A stretch of DNA of 64,000 nucleotides, taken from a virus. Location: positions 11,197 to 75,196 of the IMG/VR virus record IMGVR_UViG_3300009183_006007; one strand, written 5' to 3'. The stretch's first letter is position 1. The number at the start of each line of letters is the position of its first letter. Position numbers and translations under genes: made by a program. This document shows positions 51,100-60,295 of this stretch, piece after piece. The notes beneath the pieces are model-generated. The model saw only the letters and a list, made by a program, of their open reading frames with translations, made no database searches and was not told the origin of the DNA.

Positions 51100-51444
51100 T
51101 TAATTTATATTATTTTTATTGTCATTGTTTAGTAAATCATCTATAATTTCATCACGTCTTTCAGAAATATTTGATGGGTTTAATAAATCACATCTTAAAG
51201 ATATATTCATTCTGGATGAATTGCAATCAATAGATTTTATTTGAGTTCCTTTTCCATCGAATTCTTTTCCTATTAAATCGAATTTAGTTTTATTCTCATA
51301 CATATTAAAAAAGAAATCAGAATATGTTGGGTATTTCTTCAAATCGATTTCTATATTAATTGTTGCGTGTGCCATAACAGATAATTGAACAACACAATCT
51401 TTAATAAAATAAATCTCATTTTCTATTTTTACCCAATCACTCAT
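51100..51444 (-). CDS. hypothetical protein with RDEIIDDLL tag
   Basis: 114-aa ORF. Confidence 0.68.
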   Translation of the reverse strand: MSDWVKIENEIYFIKDCVVQLSVMAHATINIEIDLKKYPTYSDFFFNMYENKTKFDLIGKEFDGKGTQIKSIDCNSSRMNISLRCDLLNPSNISERRDEIIDDLLNNDNKNNIN

Positions 51445-52037
51445 GCTAATCTGAAATTTCTAAGAAAGTCTATTAAAAATACATTCTTCTCACCACCAAC
51501 AAAATTTACCCAAGTTTTATAAACTTTTTGGTCTTCTTTATTAGTTGATTCTCTTAATTTATTAATTATTGATTTTCTTGTTTCGTATGGATCATCTGTA
51601 ATAAGTAAATCTCCATAGTTATCTATAACCCAGTCTCCAAAATCAGGATACTTTTTCCTATTAAAAACTCTTTCATCTACAACAAAAACAATTGCAGACA
51701 ACATATCATTTAGATCGGGTTCATAAAAGGTAGCAACCTCAACATTATTCTGTTCTAATGTAATTAGATTTGACTCCATTGAACCAACAAATGGCTCATC
51801 AGTTGAATGATATCTATTTATAGAGTGATTAGAAGTTCCACCATTTAGTATAATAAATGTTTTCCAGTTATCAGCCCAATCATTATACTGAGTATTTAGT
51901 GATTGATTGTGTTCACCAAGATACTTCATTTTTTGACCATATTCAACTACAGCATGTCCAAACTGAATAGCCTGTTGAATTGGTGAGATATTGTATGGAA
52001 CTAATCCATACATTCTTAGTTCTAATTTATTTTCCAT
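51441..52037 (-). CDS. phage peptidyl-tRNA hydrolase II-like protein
   Basis: IQFGHAV, KTFIILNGG and FYEPDLND pattern. Confidence 0.55.
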   Translation of the reverse strand: MENKLELRMYGLVPYNISPIQQAIQFGHAVVEYGQKMKYLGEHNQSLNTQYNDWADNWKTFIILNGGTSNHSINRYHSTDEPFVGSMESNLITLEQNNVEVATFYEPDLNDMLSAIVFVVDERVFNRKKYPDFGDWVIDNYGDLLITDDPYETRKSIINKLRESTNKEDQKVYKTWVNFVGGEKNVFLIDFLRNFRLA

Positions 52038-52047
52038 ATTTTTTATA

Positions 52048-52530
52048 TTAGATTTTATTGGAAAGGTTTTTATTACTGAATTGTTTTATTCCAGTAACTT
52101 CAATTATAACTATATTTTTGATATAATCAGGAATTACAACTTCAAAATCTTGACTAGGTATTTCAATTTCGGCAATAATTAAATGACCTTCAAATTTATC
52201 AACTTCCCATTTTAATTTACCTTGTGGATAGATACATCTTTTTTTAGATATACTTCTAGATTCTACTTCTTCTTTTTTACAATTCTCAACAAATAGGTTA
52301 AACTCCTCTTTTGTTAGAGGATGTTCATCTTCCATATTCACACCTTTTGAAATTGTTGTTTTGATGGTATGTATATAATACTTACCTTTAATATTAGAGT
52401 TACAATATCGAGCTCGTTCCCAAATACCTTCTTGATTTTTAAAATACCATTGTTCAATTTTAATAACCTCAGTTGGTTTTACATCTGGCATTGATTTGAG
52501 TAAAAATTTTCTCTCTATTTCTAATTCCAT
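52048..52530 (-). CDS. CYTH-domain triphosphate tunnel metalloenzyme
   Basis: EIERKFL, ISKKR, WEVD and AEIE motifs. Confidence 0.88.
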   Translation of the reverse strand: MELEIERKFLLKSMPDVKPTEVIKIEQWYFKNQEGIWERARYCNSNIKGKYYIHTIKTTISKGVNMEDEHPLTKEEFNLFVENCKKEEVESRSISKKRCIYPQGKLKWEVDKFEGHLIIAEIEIPSQDFEVVIPDYIKNIVIIEVTGIKQFSNKNLSNKI

Positions 52531-52547
52531 TTATTATACTATTTATC

Positions 52548-53003
52548 TTATTTTTTAATGAATCTTTCGACTCTTTCAAAGTACGAAGATATGAATAAAA
52601 GTCCAATTGTTAAAATAATTGGCATTAATACTGTACCCATTCCACATAAAATACCTATTCCTGATATTACCCATATAAATGCTGCTGTTGTTACACCAAT
52701 TATCTTATCATCGTGTTTCATAATAACACCACCTCCTAAAAATCCTATACCTGTTACGATATTTGATATTATTCTTGTTGGATCACCACCTCCATAATAT
52801 TTAGATGCCAAAAAAGATGCAATTGTAAAAATACAAGATCCAACACATATTAAAACAATAGTTCTAAGTCCAGCTACTTTATTTTTAAGTTCTCTTTCCC
52901 ATCCGATAATTAATCCACATATGGTTGCTATGAGTATTTTTGGAAGAATAAATTTCATTAATTTAATTTCATATCCAAAGTTTAATATTTCTAATAATTT
53001 CAT
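52548..53003 (-). CDS. MgtC/SapB-family membrane protein
   Basis: IGWERE, AGLRT, DPTRI, GIGFLGGG and GVTTAA motifs. Confidence 0.92.
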   Translation of the reverse strand: MKLLEILNFGYEIKLMKFILPKILIATICGLIIGWERELKNKVAGLRTIVLICVGSCIFTIASFLASKYYGGGDPTRIISNIVTGIGFLGGGVIMKHDDKIIGVTTAAFIWVISGIGILCGMGTVLMPIILTIGLLFISSYFERVERFIKK

Positions 53004-53050
53004 TAAGTATTATATAAAAATTAAATTCAAAGTTATGAATTAATTTAAAT

Positions 53051-53078
53051 AAAAAAAACCCAGTCATTGACTGGGTTT
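53051..53078 (-). terminator. terminator after the tRNA cassette (ACCCAGTC family)
   Basis: AAACCCAGTC-ATT-GACTGGGTTT. Confidence 0.85.
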
Positions 53079-53082
53079 GTTG

Positions 53083-53183
53083 TAGCCCGTAGAGGATTCG
53101 AACACTCTGTTACCTAACCGAAAAGTTAGACGTCCTAAACAGATAAATCTGTTTCCCTTACGGGTCCTGTAGACGAACGGGCC
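53083..53183 (-). tRNA. atypical tRNA-Glu-like gene with D-loop insertion and enlarged anticodon arm
   Basis: GGCCCGT/ACGGGCT acceptor, TCGTCTA..AGGAC D arm, GTTCGAATC T loop; 101 nt. Confidence 0.7.
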
Positions 53184-53190
53184 ATTTAGT

Positions 53191-53250
53191 GTGGAGTTTG
53201 GTACCCACCCTGTCTTTGACAGACCCCCTAATTAAAGGGAAGTTAACCAC
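53191..53250 (-). ncRNA. candidate structured RNA between two tRNAs
   Basis: GC-rich; GTGG/CCAC closing helix with TTCCCT/AGGGGG and CTGTC/GACAG hairpins. Confidence 0.4.
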
Positions 53251-53263
53251 TACGAAAACTTTG

Positions 53264-53335
53264 TAGCGGGGGAAGGATTCGAACCTCCGACCTCTAGGTT
53301 ATGAGCCTAGCGAGCTACCCCTGCTCTACCCCACA
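53264..53335 (-). tRNA. tRNA-Met(CAT), initiator-like
   Basis: Cloverleaf; CTAGG-CTCATAA-CCTAG anticodon arm; unpaired T1:T72. Confidence 0.92.
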
Positions 53336-53411
53336 ATGTTTTTAATATATTTTCGTTTTCAGTTTTTGTTTAATCATTTCTGATTTCTTTTACAAATATA
53401 AGAAGACTTTT

Positions 53412-53825
53412 TTAATCTACCAAATTTTTTCGTAAAATTTCTTTACAAGTTTCTTTCCACTCAAAATGTTCTACATTAACTGGAAAACATTTAACCTCAG
53501 TGGAACGATTACTTTCTAATATATCCATTAACTCAATATCATCATCATCTAAATGAAAAATAAATCCTTTACCTTCTAAAAATAAAGATTTAGATTCCAT
53601 ATTTGTAAAGTGAATATTTTCTACTTTAATACCACAATCTTTAGCAACATCAAATAGTTTTTGATTTTGTCCTTCTATCCAATGCCATTTCTTATCCTTA
53701 GCAGCTTCGTCACTAAATCGAGAAGTAACTATCCAAACTTCATATCCTTCACTCACCAAATCCTTGGCAAGTTTCTGGACATCTTTTCGAGATAATGTGC
53801 CATCAAAATCAAAACTTACTTTCAT
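53412..53825 (-). CDS. HAD-superfamily phosphatase
   Basis: SFDFDGTL, IVTSR, K and HLDDD motifs. Confidence 0.85.
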   Translation of the reverse strand: MKVSFDFDGTLSRKDVQKLAKDLVSEGYEVWIVTSRFSDEAAKDKKWHWIEGQNQKLFDVAKDCGIKVENIHFTNMESKSLFLEGKGFIFHLDDDDIELMDILESNRSTEVKCFPVNVEHFEWKETCKEILRKNLVD

Positions 53826-53861
53826 ACTACAAATATAGTCAATTTATTTAATATATACAAT

Positions 53862-54719
53862 ATGATTATAAGAAAGTTGGGAGACAAAAAGCCAAAGATT
53901 TTAATATTTCAAGGTTCGCCTAGAGATAAAGACACATGTGCAAACATGGAATCAAAAACCCATAAAGTAGTTGAGTATATGATTTCTAAGTGGTCACCAT
54001 TCATAAATTTTAATGTTATTGACCTTTCTGTTAATCAGTCTAAAAGACCTATTATCCAACCTTGTAAAGGATGTGTTTCAACAGCAGGTGGATATCATTG
54101 TCACTTTGAATGCTCATGTTATTTCAAAGGAGATAATAAGAAGCCTGATTTGTTAAAAGAATTAGATGTTTATAATCTATTACAAGAATGTGATGCTTTT
54201 ATTATTGTTTCTCCAATTCACTGGCATTCATTATCAGCTCAAGTAAAAACCCTTTTTGATAGATTAGTTTGTGTGAATCAAACTTTAACAATAGACGATG
54301 CAAAGAAATTAATGGGTGATGGTAATATTAAAAACTCTGATATCACAGGAAAATTCGCTAAGTCTGGAAAATATAATGATATGTTAAGAAACCACTTAGA
54401 AGGAAAAGTAGCTGGATTCTATGTACATGGTGATGATGGTGCAAATGATTATACTGGTAAAGAATTACCAGATTCTTACTCTGATGTATTAGATGATGGA
54501 TTTTCTAATAATCCAAAAAGTGTTGTGATGCCTTTTGTGATGCAATTAAAATACTCTGGAGTATATGTACCAGATAATTTAATACAATCATTTTATATAA
54601 ATAAAGGAGTTGATTATTACACAGCAAATAAAACTATGAATAAGGAAAAAGAGTTTTTTGAAAGAGCTGATATGTTATTAAACAACTTGTTAGATTACTT
54701 AGATCAATCTAAATCGTAA
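53862..54719 (+). CDS. flavodoxin-family / NADPH-FMN reductase-like protein
   Basis: GSPR, PCKGCVS..CH..CSC, SPIHW and KTLFDRL motifs. Confidence 0.82.
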   Translation: MIIRKLGDKKPKILIFQGSPRDKDTCANMESKTHKVVEYMISKWSPFINFNVIDLSVNQSKRPIIQPCKGCVSTAGGYHCHFECSCYFKGDNKKPDLLKELDVYNLLQECDAFIIVSPIHWHSLSAQVKTLFDRLVCVNQTLTIDDAKKLMGDGNIKNSDITGKFAKSGKYNDMLRNHLEGKVAGFYVHGDDGANDYTGKELPDSYSDVLDDGFSNNPKSVVMPFVMQLKYSGVYVPDNLIQSFYINKGVDYYTANKTMNKEKEFFERADMLLNNLLDYLDQSKS

Positions 54720-55024
54720 CCAACGAAAAGTATATTTTTATCTTTAAGCAACTTTTCTAATTTTATTTTATCTTCTGATTCAATAAGATAGCCATCCTTC
54801 TCAGTATAAACAAGAAAGTAAAACTTCTCACCTTCTATTTCAACATCATATTTTCTTACTGGTTCTGGTTGGTACTCTGATAAGTCAACATTTCTTGTCC
54901 AAGAGAAAATAAAACTAAACTCTTCATTTGTTTGGAAGTGTATGGCTTTTATGTAAAAAATCTCCACGAGTTCTTTAACCCACCAACTACCATAATAATC
55001 TTTATTAGAATAAACTTTATTCAT
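54704..55024 (-). CDS. hypothetical protein
   Basis: 106-aa ORF. Confidence 0.62.
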   Translation of the reverse strand: MNKVYSNKDYYGSWWVKELVEIFYIKAIHFQTNEEFSFIFSWTRNVDLSEYQPEPVRKYDVEIEGEKFYFLVYTEKDGYLIESEDKIKLEKLLKDKNILFVGYDLD

Positions 55025-55377
55025 TAATTTAAGTTATTTTTTACCACTTTCTCTAGAGTTCGCTTCATTTCTTTAGTCAACTCAACATCGTAATCATCAA
55101 TGTAGACTTCGGTAATAGTAACATCAGTATCAGTAATATCAACATCTGTATAAGGTGGTGTCCAATAATCTCCAGGATCATGGTCAACTCTACCACTTAC
55201 ATATAATTCAAAGTTGACATTAACTTCTATACCATCACAATCGAATATCATATATTGACAATCTCTAGTGAAAGAGCCTTCATTTTCACATATTAAATCT
55301 TCCCAATCATCAACAACATCTTTGTCTTTAATTTTTAAGTTATTTAGATTAACTGAGTATGTAGAAATAAAAGTCAT
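55024..55377 (-). CDS. acidic hypothetical protein (DPGDYWTPP motif)
   Basis: 117-aa ORF behind a TAnnTTTG box. Confidence 0.7.
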   Translation of the reverse strand: MTFISTYSVNLNNLKIKDKDVVDDWEDLICENEGSFTRDCQYMIFDCDGIEVNVNFELYVSGRVDHDPGDYWTPPYTDVDITDTDVTITEVYIDDYDVELTKEMKRTLEKVVKNNLN

Positions 55378-55428
55378 GTATATATCGTATTTGTTAATAC
55401 AAATATAGTAAACATATACGAAAAAACA

Positions 55429-55461
55429 AAAAAATAGACGGTTTTATTCCGTCTATTTTTT
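55429..55461 (-). terminator. intrinsic terminator
   Basis: AAAAATAGACGG-TTTTATT-CCGTCTATTTTT. Confidence 0.82.
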
Positions 55462-55765
55462 ATCCTGCAATTTTTGTAATCTCAGAGAATACTGACTTCC
55501 TAGGTTGTCTTACTTTAACTTGGTTATGAGAAGAGTCTGAGTAGTCAACAATTGAAGAAAGATGTTTTCTATCTTCTTTAGCCGGTTTTTTATTTTCTGG
55601 TTCAAATTTATCCTGCAATTGTGCATATAAGTTATTCCACATATTTCTAGGAACACCTTCTTTATCAAAGAATGAGAATATTACATTTTGTGGAATTTCC
55701 ACAAACTTTTTTTGAGATGCTACAACAGCATCAATCATTGAGTTAATTATTTTTTTAGTATCCAT
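55460..55765 (-). CDS. hypothetical protein
   Basis: 101-aa ORF. Confidence 0.62.
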   Translation of the reverse strand: MDTKKIINSMIDAVVASQKKFVEIPQNVIFSFFDKEGVPRNMWNNLYAQLQDKFEPENKKPAKEDRKHLSSIVDYSDSSHNQVKVRQPRKSVFSEITKIAG

Positions 55766-55778
55766 TTTTTATTTTTAA

Positions 55779-56264
55779 TTATAGTGAAATTACTTTATTG
55801 AAACCTTCATCATGTGTTATTGGTTGATAAGAGGAAATCATAGACTTAACAATTTTCATCGGAAGGTCTTTATTTTCTTCTTCAATTCTTTTTTTATTTC
55901 GTCTTTCATATTCATCATCTGATAAAATAGGAAAAATAACACCTAACTTATAATAGTCGTCAGTGAAATAATTTAGATTTTGTTTTCTTCTTTTAGAAGC
56001 CATGTGTGTCATATCAACAATCACATTTTTCTTTTCTTTATTAGCATCTAAAAATCTTTGAGATAAAACTCTATCTACTTCTTTTTGGTCTACATTGTTA
56101 AATGCGGCTGTATAGTCTCTTGAACCATATACTTCCATAACAATTTCATCACGACTAATTACTTCAGTCGTTGGAAAGTTTTCTCTAATCCAAGTTGATT
56201 TACCTGACAATGGCGGTCCAACAAGTATAATAACAAAAGGTTCTTTTAAGTGTTTAAGATTCAT
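55779..56264 (-). CDS. polynucleotide-kinase-like P-loop kinase (AAA_33)
   Basis: GPPLSGKSTW, ISRDEI, IVDMT..R and EGF motifs. Confidence 0.85.
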   Translation of the reverse strand: MNLKHLKEPFVIILVGPPLSGKSTWIRENFPTTEVISRDEIVMEVYGSRDYTAAFNNVDQKEVDRVLSQRFLDANKEKKNVIVDMTHMASKRRKQNLNYFTDDYYKLGVIFPILSDDEYERRNKKRIEEENKDLPMKIVKSMISSYQPITHDEGFNKVISL

Positions 56265-56265
56265 A

Positions 56266-56898
56266 TTAAATTGATTGAACTGATTTTTTAATTATTTCTG
56301 CGTGGTCAAATGCCATATCAACGGTTACATCACCATCATAACTTACATCGTTCCAAGTACATTCTGTAGCATCATCACCAGCTATAGCTTCAGGAATTTC
56401 ATCAAGAATAGTAGCGAAAGCATAACTAACACAATTTTTACTTCGTGGGTCACGATAAGGTTTATCAAAAACACCAACCGGAGTCAAATATCCACTTTTA
56501 TTACTTGATGTTAAATTCATACCCTTTAAAACAATACCTGTTTCTTCTTCTAACTCACGGACTGCTGCATCTATTGGATGTTCTCCCTCATCGATGTTAC
56601 CACCTGGATTAGCCCACATACCAACAAATGGTGGTCGACCTCTTTTAATAGAAAGTACTTTGTAATTTGTCCCAGTATCTACTAAAACAATTAAATCAAC
56701 ACAAGACATTCCTGTATCAACGATTTCATTATCAACAACTCTTAAAATATAAGAGTATCCTATAGTTAATTTGTTTTCTGATTTATTAAAGAAGTTACCA
56801 AAGTTGGTATAAACTATATTCTCTTTAATATCAAGAACCTTCAAGGGTCCTATCCACTCAGATGTGTTGAATTGATTAAATTTTTTTATAGTCGCCAT
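56266..56898 (-). CDS. Nudix hydrolase
   Basis: PGGNIDEGE..AAVRELEEETG, RDPR, AGDDA and AFDH motifs. Confidence 0.92.
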   Translation of the reverse strand: MATIKKFNQFNTSEWIGPLKVLDIKENIVYTNFGNFFNKSENKLTIGYSYILRVVDNEIVDTGMSCVDLIVLVDTGTNYKVLSIKRGRPPFVGMWANPGGNIDEGEHPIDAAVRELEEETGIVLKGMNLTSSNKSGYLTPVGVFDKPYRDPRSKNCVSYAFATILDEIPEAIAGDDATECTWNDVSYDGDVTVDMAFDHAEIIKKSVQSI

Positions 56899-56984
56899 TA
56901 TCGAATATTATTTTTCGTCTTACAAATATACTAATTATTTATTAAATGTAGAAAATAAAAGTATAAATATAATATATAGATTAT

Positions 56985-58856
56985 ATGATTTCAAAGTATA
57001 ATAGTTTCAGTTTAGATTTATTATTAGAAAAGGCCATCAATGAGTCTTTCTTATATTATTCTCCAGGTGTTAGAAAAGCACTTGATAGAATAAAAAGTAA
57101 TGATATTGCTTCGAGTCTATTAGGTTCAGAGGGAACTGATGTAAAACCAGATATGACCTTTATCGATTTAGGTAAAGAAGGTTATTTTTCTTTTATTACA
57201 ATGAGAAATGCTAAACCTTTAATTGTTGCTAAATATCCAAATAATGACTGGGCTGAAAATATTGATACTAAACGAATGCCAAACCCACAAGCATATTCAG
57301 ATGATTTACATGAATTTGATATGGAAGGCGGTAGTGATGTTAGTGGAGTATTTATAAGATCAAGAAATGAAGTTGGTTTAGGTAGATTTGTTAATAAACT
57401 ATTTCCAGGTAAATTTAGTTCAAAAGAAGTTGAAGAGTTTGTAAATTCATTCAAAGCTTCTTTGGAAAAATCTGGAGAACATTTTGAATTAGTTGAAGGT
57501 GAAGATATTGCATTTTGGTATAGGTCTGAAAATTATAAAGAGAACTCAGGTACACTTGGTAATTCTTGTATGGCTCAAAAGAGAAATCTATTTGGAATCT
57601 ATACTCAGAATCAGGATGTTTGTAAATTATTAATTCTAAGAGAAGATGATAAAATTATAGGTAGAGCCTTAGTTTGGAAGTTAGCATCTATAAAACATAT
57701 CAGAAAAGATGTTGAAGGTATTGAATATTTTATGGACAGACAATATACTATTAAAGAATCAGATGTTCAAAAGTTTAAAAACTATGCTAAAGAACAAGGT
57801 TGGTGTTATAAATCTTATAACAATCATCATAGTCTTAATACCGTAACAATAGGTGGTGAAGAGAAAAATGTTGACATGACTATTAAAGTAGCCACTAAAG
57901 ATTATAACAGATACCCTTATATGGATACATTTAAAAGATATGATGTTAATAATGGTATTCTTCACAATGATGACGAACAAGAAGAACGATATGAAGGTCA
58001 ATATATCTTAGAAGATACTGGTGGTGGATACTCTGAAATTGAAGGTGGTGTTTGGTCTGAATGGTATGATAGAAGAATTCCTGACGATGAAGCTGTTTGG
58101 TCTGATCCTCTTGGTGATCACTTAGTTGCTGATAGCGCAGTGCAGGTAGTAAGAGGTTATAGTAGAAGAAGAGGATGGTATCCAGATGATTATGATGATA
58201 TATTCTTTGATGAAGATCATGATGAATACTTCCACGTTGATGATGGAGTTTATTCTGAAATCGAAGATAGAATGTTATGGGATGAAACTGCTGTTTTAGT
58301 TGTTGTAGAAATTTTTGAAGATGGTGATGTTCCTAGTACAGATGGTCAATATATGTATGAAAATGATAGAGATATTAAAGAAATAAATACTGATTGGTTA
58401 TGGTATGATAAAATTTCTGATACTCATAGAGACTGGAGAGACTATAGTTACATTAGTCAAAAGTTATTAGTTGTTGATTATAAAGGCAATTACATTCCTA
58501 AGAAATTTGCTATTGAAGTTTATAAGATTGAACCAAGAGATAATGCAGTCGATATAACAGGAGTTGAGTATTTAACTAAAGTAGATTCTTTAGGATTAGG
58601 ATATAATATTGTTGAGTCTGAAAAAAGATTAACTGATTGGTTTACTTATACTCAAGACATTGCTGAATATACAGATATTCTTTTAGAAAGGTTACCTAAG
58701 TTGATGAATAGATACAATGATGTTCTAAATAATAAAGGTCAATTACAATTTCAATTCAAAGGTGATGAAGAACAAGAATATAGAGATAAGGTTTCTATGA
58801 ATAGAGCTCTTTGTCAAGATAGAATAGAACATTTAGAAGAAGGAACTTGGGACTAA
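56985..58856 (+). CDS. large acidic hypothetical protein, paralog of 6143..7402
   Basis: GTLGNSCM, GRALVW, FMDRQYT and YPYMDTF motifs; VWS..D repeats in the C-terminal half. Confidence 0.8.
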   Translation: MISKYNSFSLDLLLEKAINESFLYYSPGVRKALDRIKSNDIASSLLGSEGTDVKPDMTFIDLGKEGYFSFITMRNAKPLIVAKYPNNDWAENIDTKRMPNPQAYSDDLHEFDMEGGSDVSGVFIRSRNEVGLGRFVNKLFPGKFSSKEVEEFVNSFKASLEKSGEHFELVEGEDIAFWYRSENYKENSGTLGNSCMAQKRNLFGIYTQNQDVCKLLILREDDKIIGRALVWKLASIKHIRKDVEGIEYFMDRQYTIKESDVQKFKNYAKEQGWCYKSYNNHHSLNTVTIGGEEKNVDMTIKVATKDYNRYPYMDTFKRYDVNNGILHNDDEQEERYEGQYILEDTGGGYSEIEGGVWSEWYDRRIPDDEAVWSDPLGDHLVADSAVQVVRGYSRRRGWYPDDYDDIFFDEDHDEYFHVDDGVYSEIEDRMLWDETAVLVVVEIFEDGDVPSTDGQYMYENDRDIKEINTDWLWYDKISDTHRDWRDYSYISQKLLVVDYKGNYIPKKFAIEVYKIEPRDNAVDITGVEYLTKVDSLGLGYNIVESEKRLTDWFTYTQDIAEYTDILLERLPKLMNRYNDVLNNKGQLQFQFKGDEEQEYRDKVSMNRALCQDRIEHLEEGTWD

Positions 58857-58860
58857 ATTC

Positions 58861-59577
58861 CTAGTTCCTTCCAATTAAAAGTTTAATCATCATATTCTCT
58901 GATGTTGATGAACGGTGATAACCATCAATTAATCTCAACTTATCTCCTTTAGACAAAGCAACACCTCTAATACCCGTATAATTCTTATCAGAATAATGGT
59001 CAAGACTTTTAGTATTTACTTTTCTATAATGTTCATCTGAACCAAAGATAATACTATCTCTTTCTACTTCAGTTATCTTATAACTAACTCCCTTTAATTC
59101 AGGTAGAATCTTACCATATTCTAGCATTAAAAGATACTCAATTCTTTCAGTTAAATCAATTATATCAAATGCTTTATCAAGTTGGTCTTCAACTTTTCTA
59201 GCAACAGAATCATCTAAGATAACATCGTCAATTTCTTGACCATAATATCCACCACAAACTTGAACTTCCCAATTTGTTGGTTCGTAAACTTTATTAATCC
59301 TTAAAATTCTATCAATAGTATAAATATCAATTTCTTTAGAAACTCCACCTAATATGTTATTAATAGTAGAGTTTCTTTTAGTAGCCAAAGTATTATCAAA
59401 ATAGTTTGCGTGTATCTCATTCACCATATTTGGTATGTTTACCGAAACAACGTGAGCATCCTCTATAGTACCACAACGACAAATTCCTTCATCATCACAT
59501 CCATGAGCACTACAATCTCTGTAATCACTATAATCATATTCTGTGTTATATCTGAAATTTGTTCCTACAATTTTCAT
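58861..59577 (-). CDS. hypothetical protein with Cys cluster and ParB/Srx-like C-terminus
   Basis: CSAHGC..ICRC and LIDGYHR motifs. Confidence 0.6.
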   Translation of the reverse strand: MKIVGTNFRYNTEYDYSDYRDCSAHGCDDEGICRCGTIEDAHVVSVNIPNMVNEIHANYFDNTLATKRNSTINNILGGVSKEIDIYTIDRILRINKVYEPTNWEVQVCGGYYGQEIDDVILDDSVARKVEDQLDKAFDIIDLTERIEYLLMLEYGKILPELKGVSYKITEVERDSIIFGSDEHYRKVNTKSLDHYSDKNYTGIRGVALSKGDKLRLIDGYHRSSTSENMMIKLLIGRN

Positions 59578-59876
59578 CTTTTTTTAATCCTTACTTTATG
59601 ACTTTTACCTGATATATTTTTATAGATATAAAAGTCGTTACTTTTTAATTTTTCAAAAACTTCAATTAAAGCAACCCCATCGATACCATAAAAGGTATGA
59701 GGTAGTACATTATCTTTTATATAGGGATTCCACCTATTCACTCTATCTATTATTGACTTACCATTTTTTATTGGTGTATCAAAATAAAAAAAGTGATCGT
59801 GTTTAAGAACATTTTGTTTTTCCTTTATCTGTTCATAAACTTTCTGAATGATATGTTGTTTAATAAAATTGCTCAT
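59574..59876 (-). CDS. hypothetical protein
   Basis: 100-aa ORF with coupled overlaps. Confidence 0.62.
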   Translation of the reverse strand: MSNFIKQHIIQKVYEQIKEKQNVLKHDHFFYFDTPIKNGKSIIDRVNRWNPYIKDNVLPHTFYGIDGVALIEVFEKLKSNDFYIYKNISGKSHKVRIKKR

Positions 59877-60295
59877 ACTGCTACTCCATTTAAAATTCCA
59901 TTATGAAAATATCTAAAATCAGACAAGTCATAATCTTCTACATTTTTAAGATAACTATTAATAGATCCAATAATGTTGTATCTACCAGATGTGTTATCTG
60001 TGTGAGCATACCAACTAGGAAATTTCTTATTGTGATCTAAACAATAATTAATTAAATAATCAGCAGCTGTTTTACCTGTGTACTCTACACCATTTTTATA
60101 ACAAGCCAAGTCATGGTCAAATGAAACCAAGTCAATATCATCAAAATGATTGTTGATAATATCAACAAATTCAAAATAATCTCGAGCAATAACCCACTTA
60201 TCTTCTGAAGAATAAGCACTTCCTAATCCTTTACCAGATTTGTGTGCCATATCTGGAGTTCTGATATCATCTAAAAAAAGATTAATATTTTTCAT
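59873..60295 (-). CDS. cyclic-phosphate-processing receiver-domain protein
   Basis: LFLDDIRTP, VSFDHDL, TG and HTDN motifs. Confidence 0.78.
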   Translation of the reverse strand: MKNINLFLDDIRTPDMAHKSGKGLGSAYSSEDKWVIARDYFEFVDIINNHFDDIDLVSFDHDLACYKNGVEYTGKTAADYLINYCLDHNKKFPSWYAHTDNTSGRYNIIGSINSYLKNVEDYDLSDFRYFHNGILNGVAV

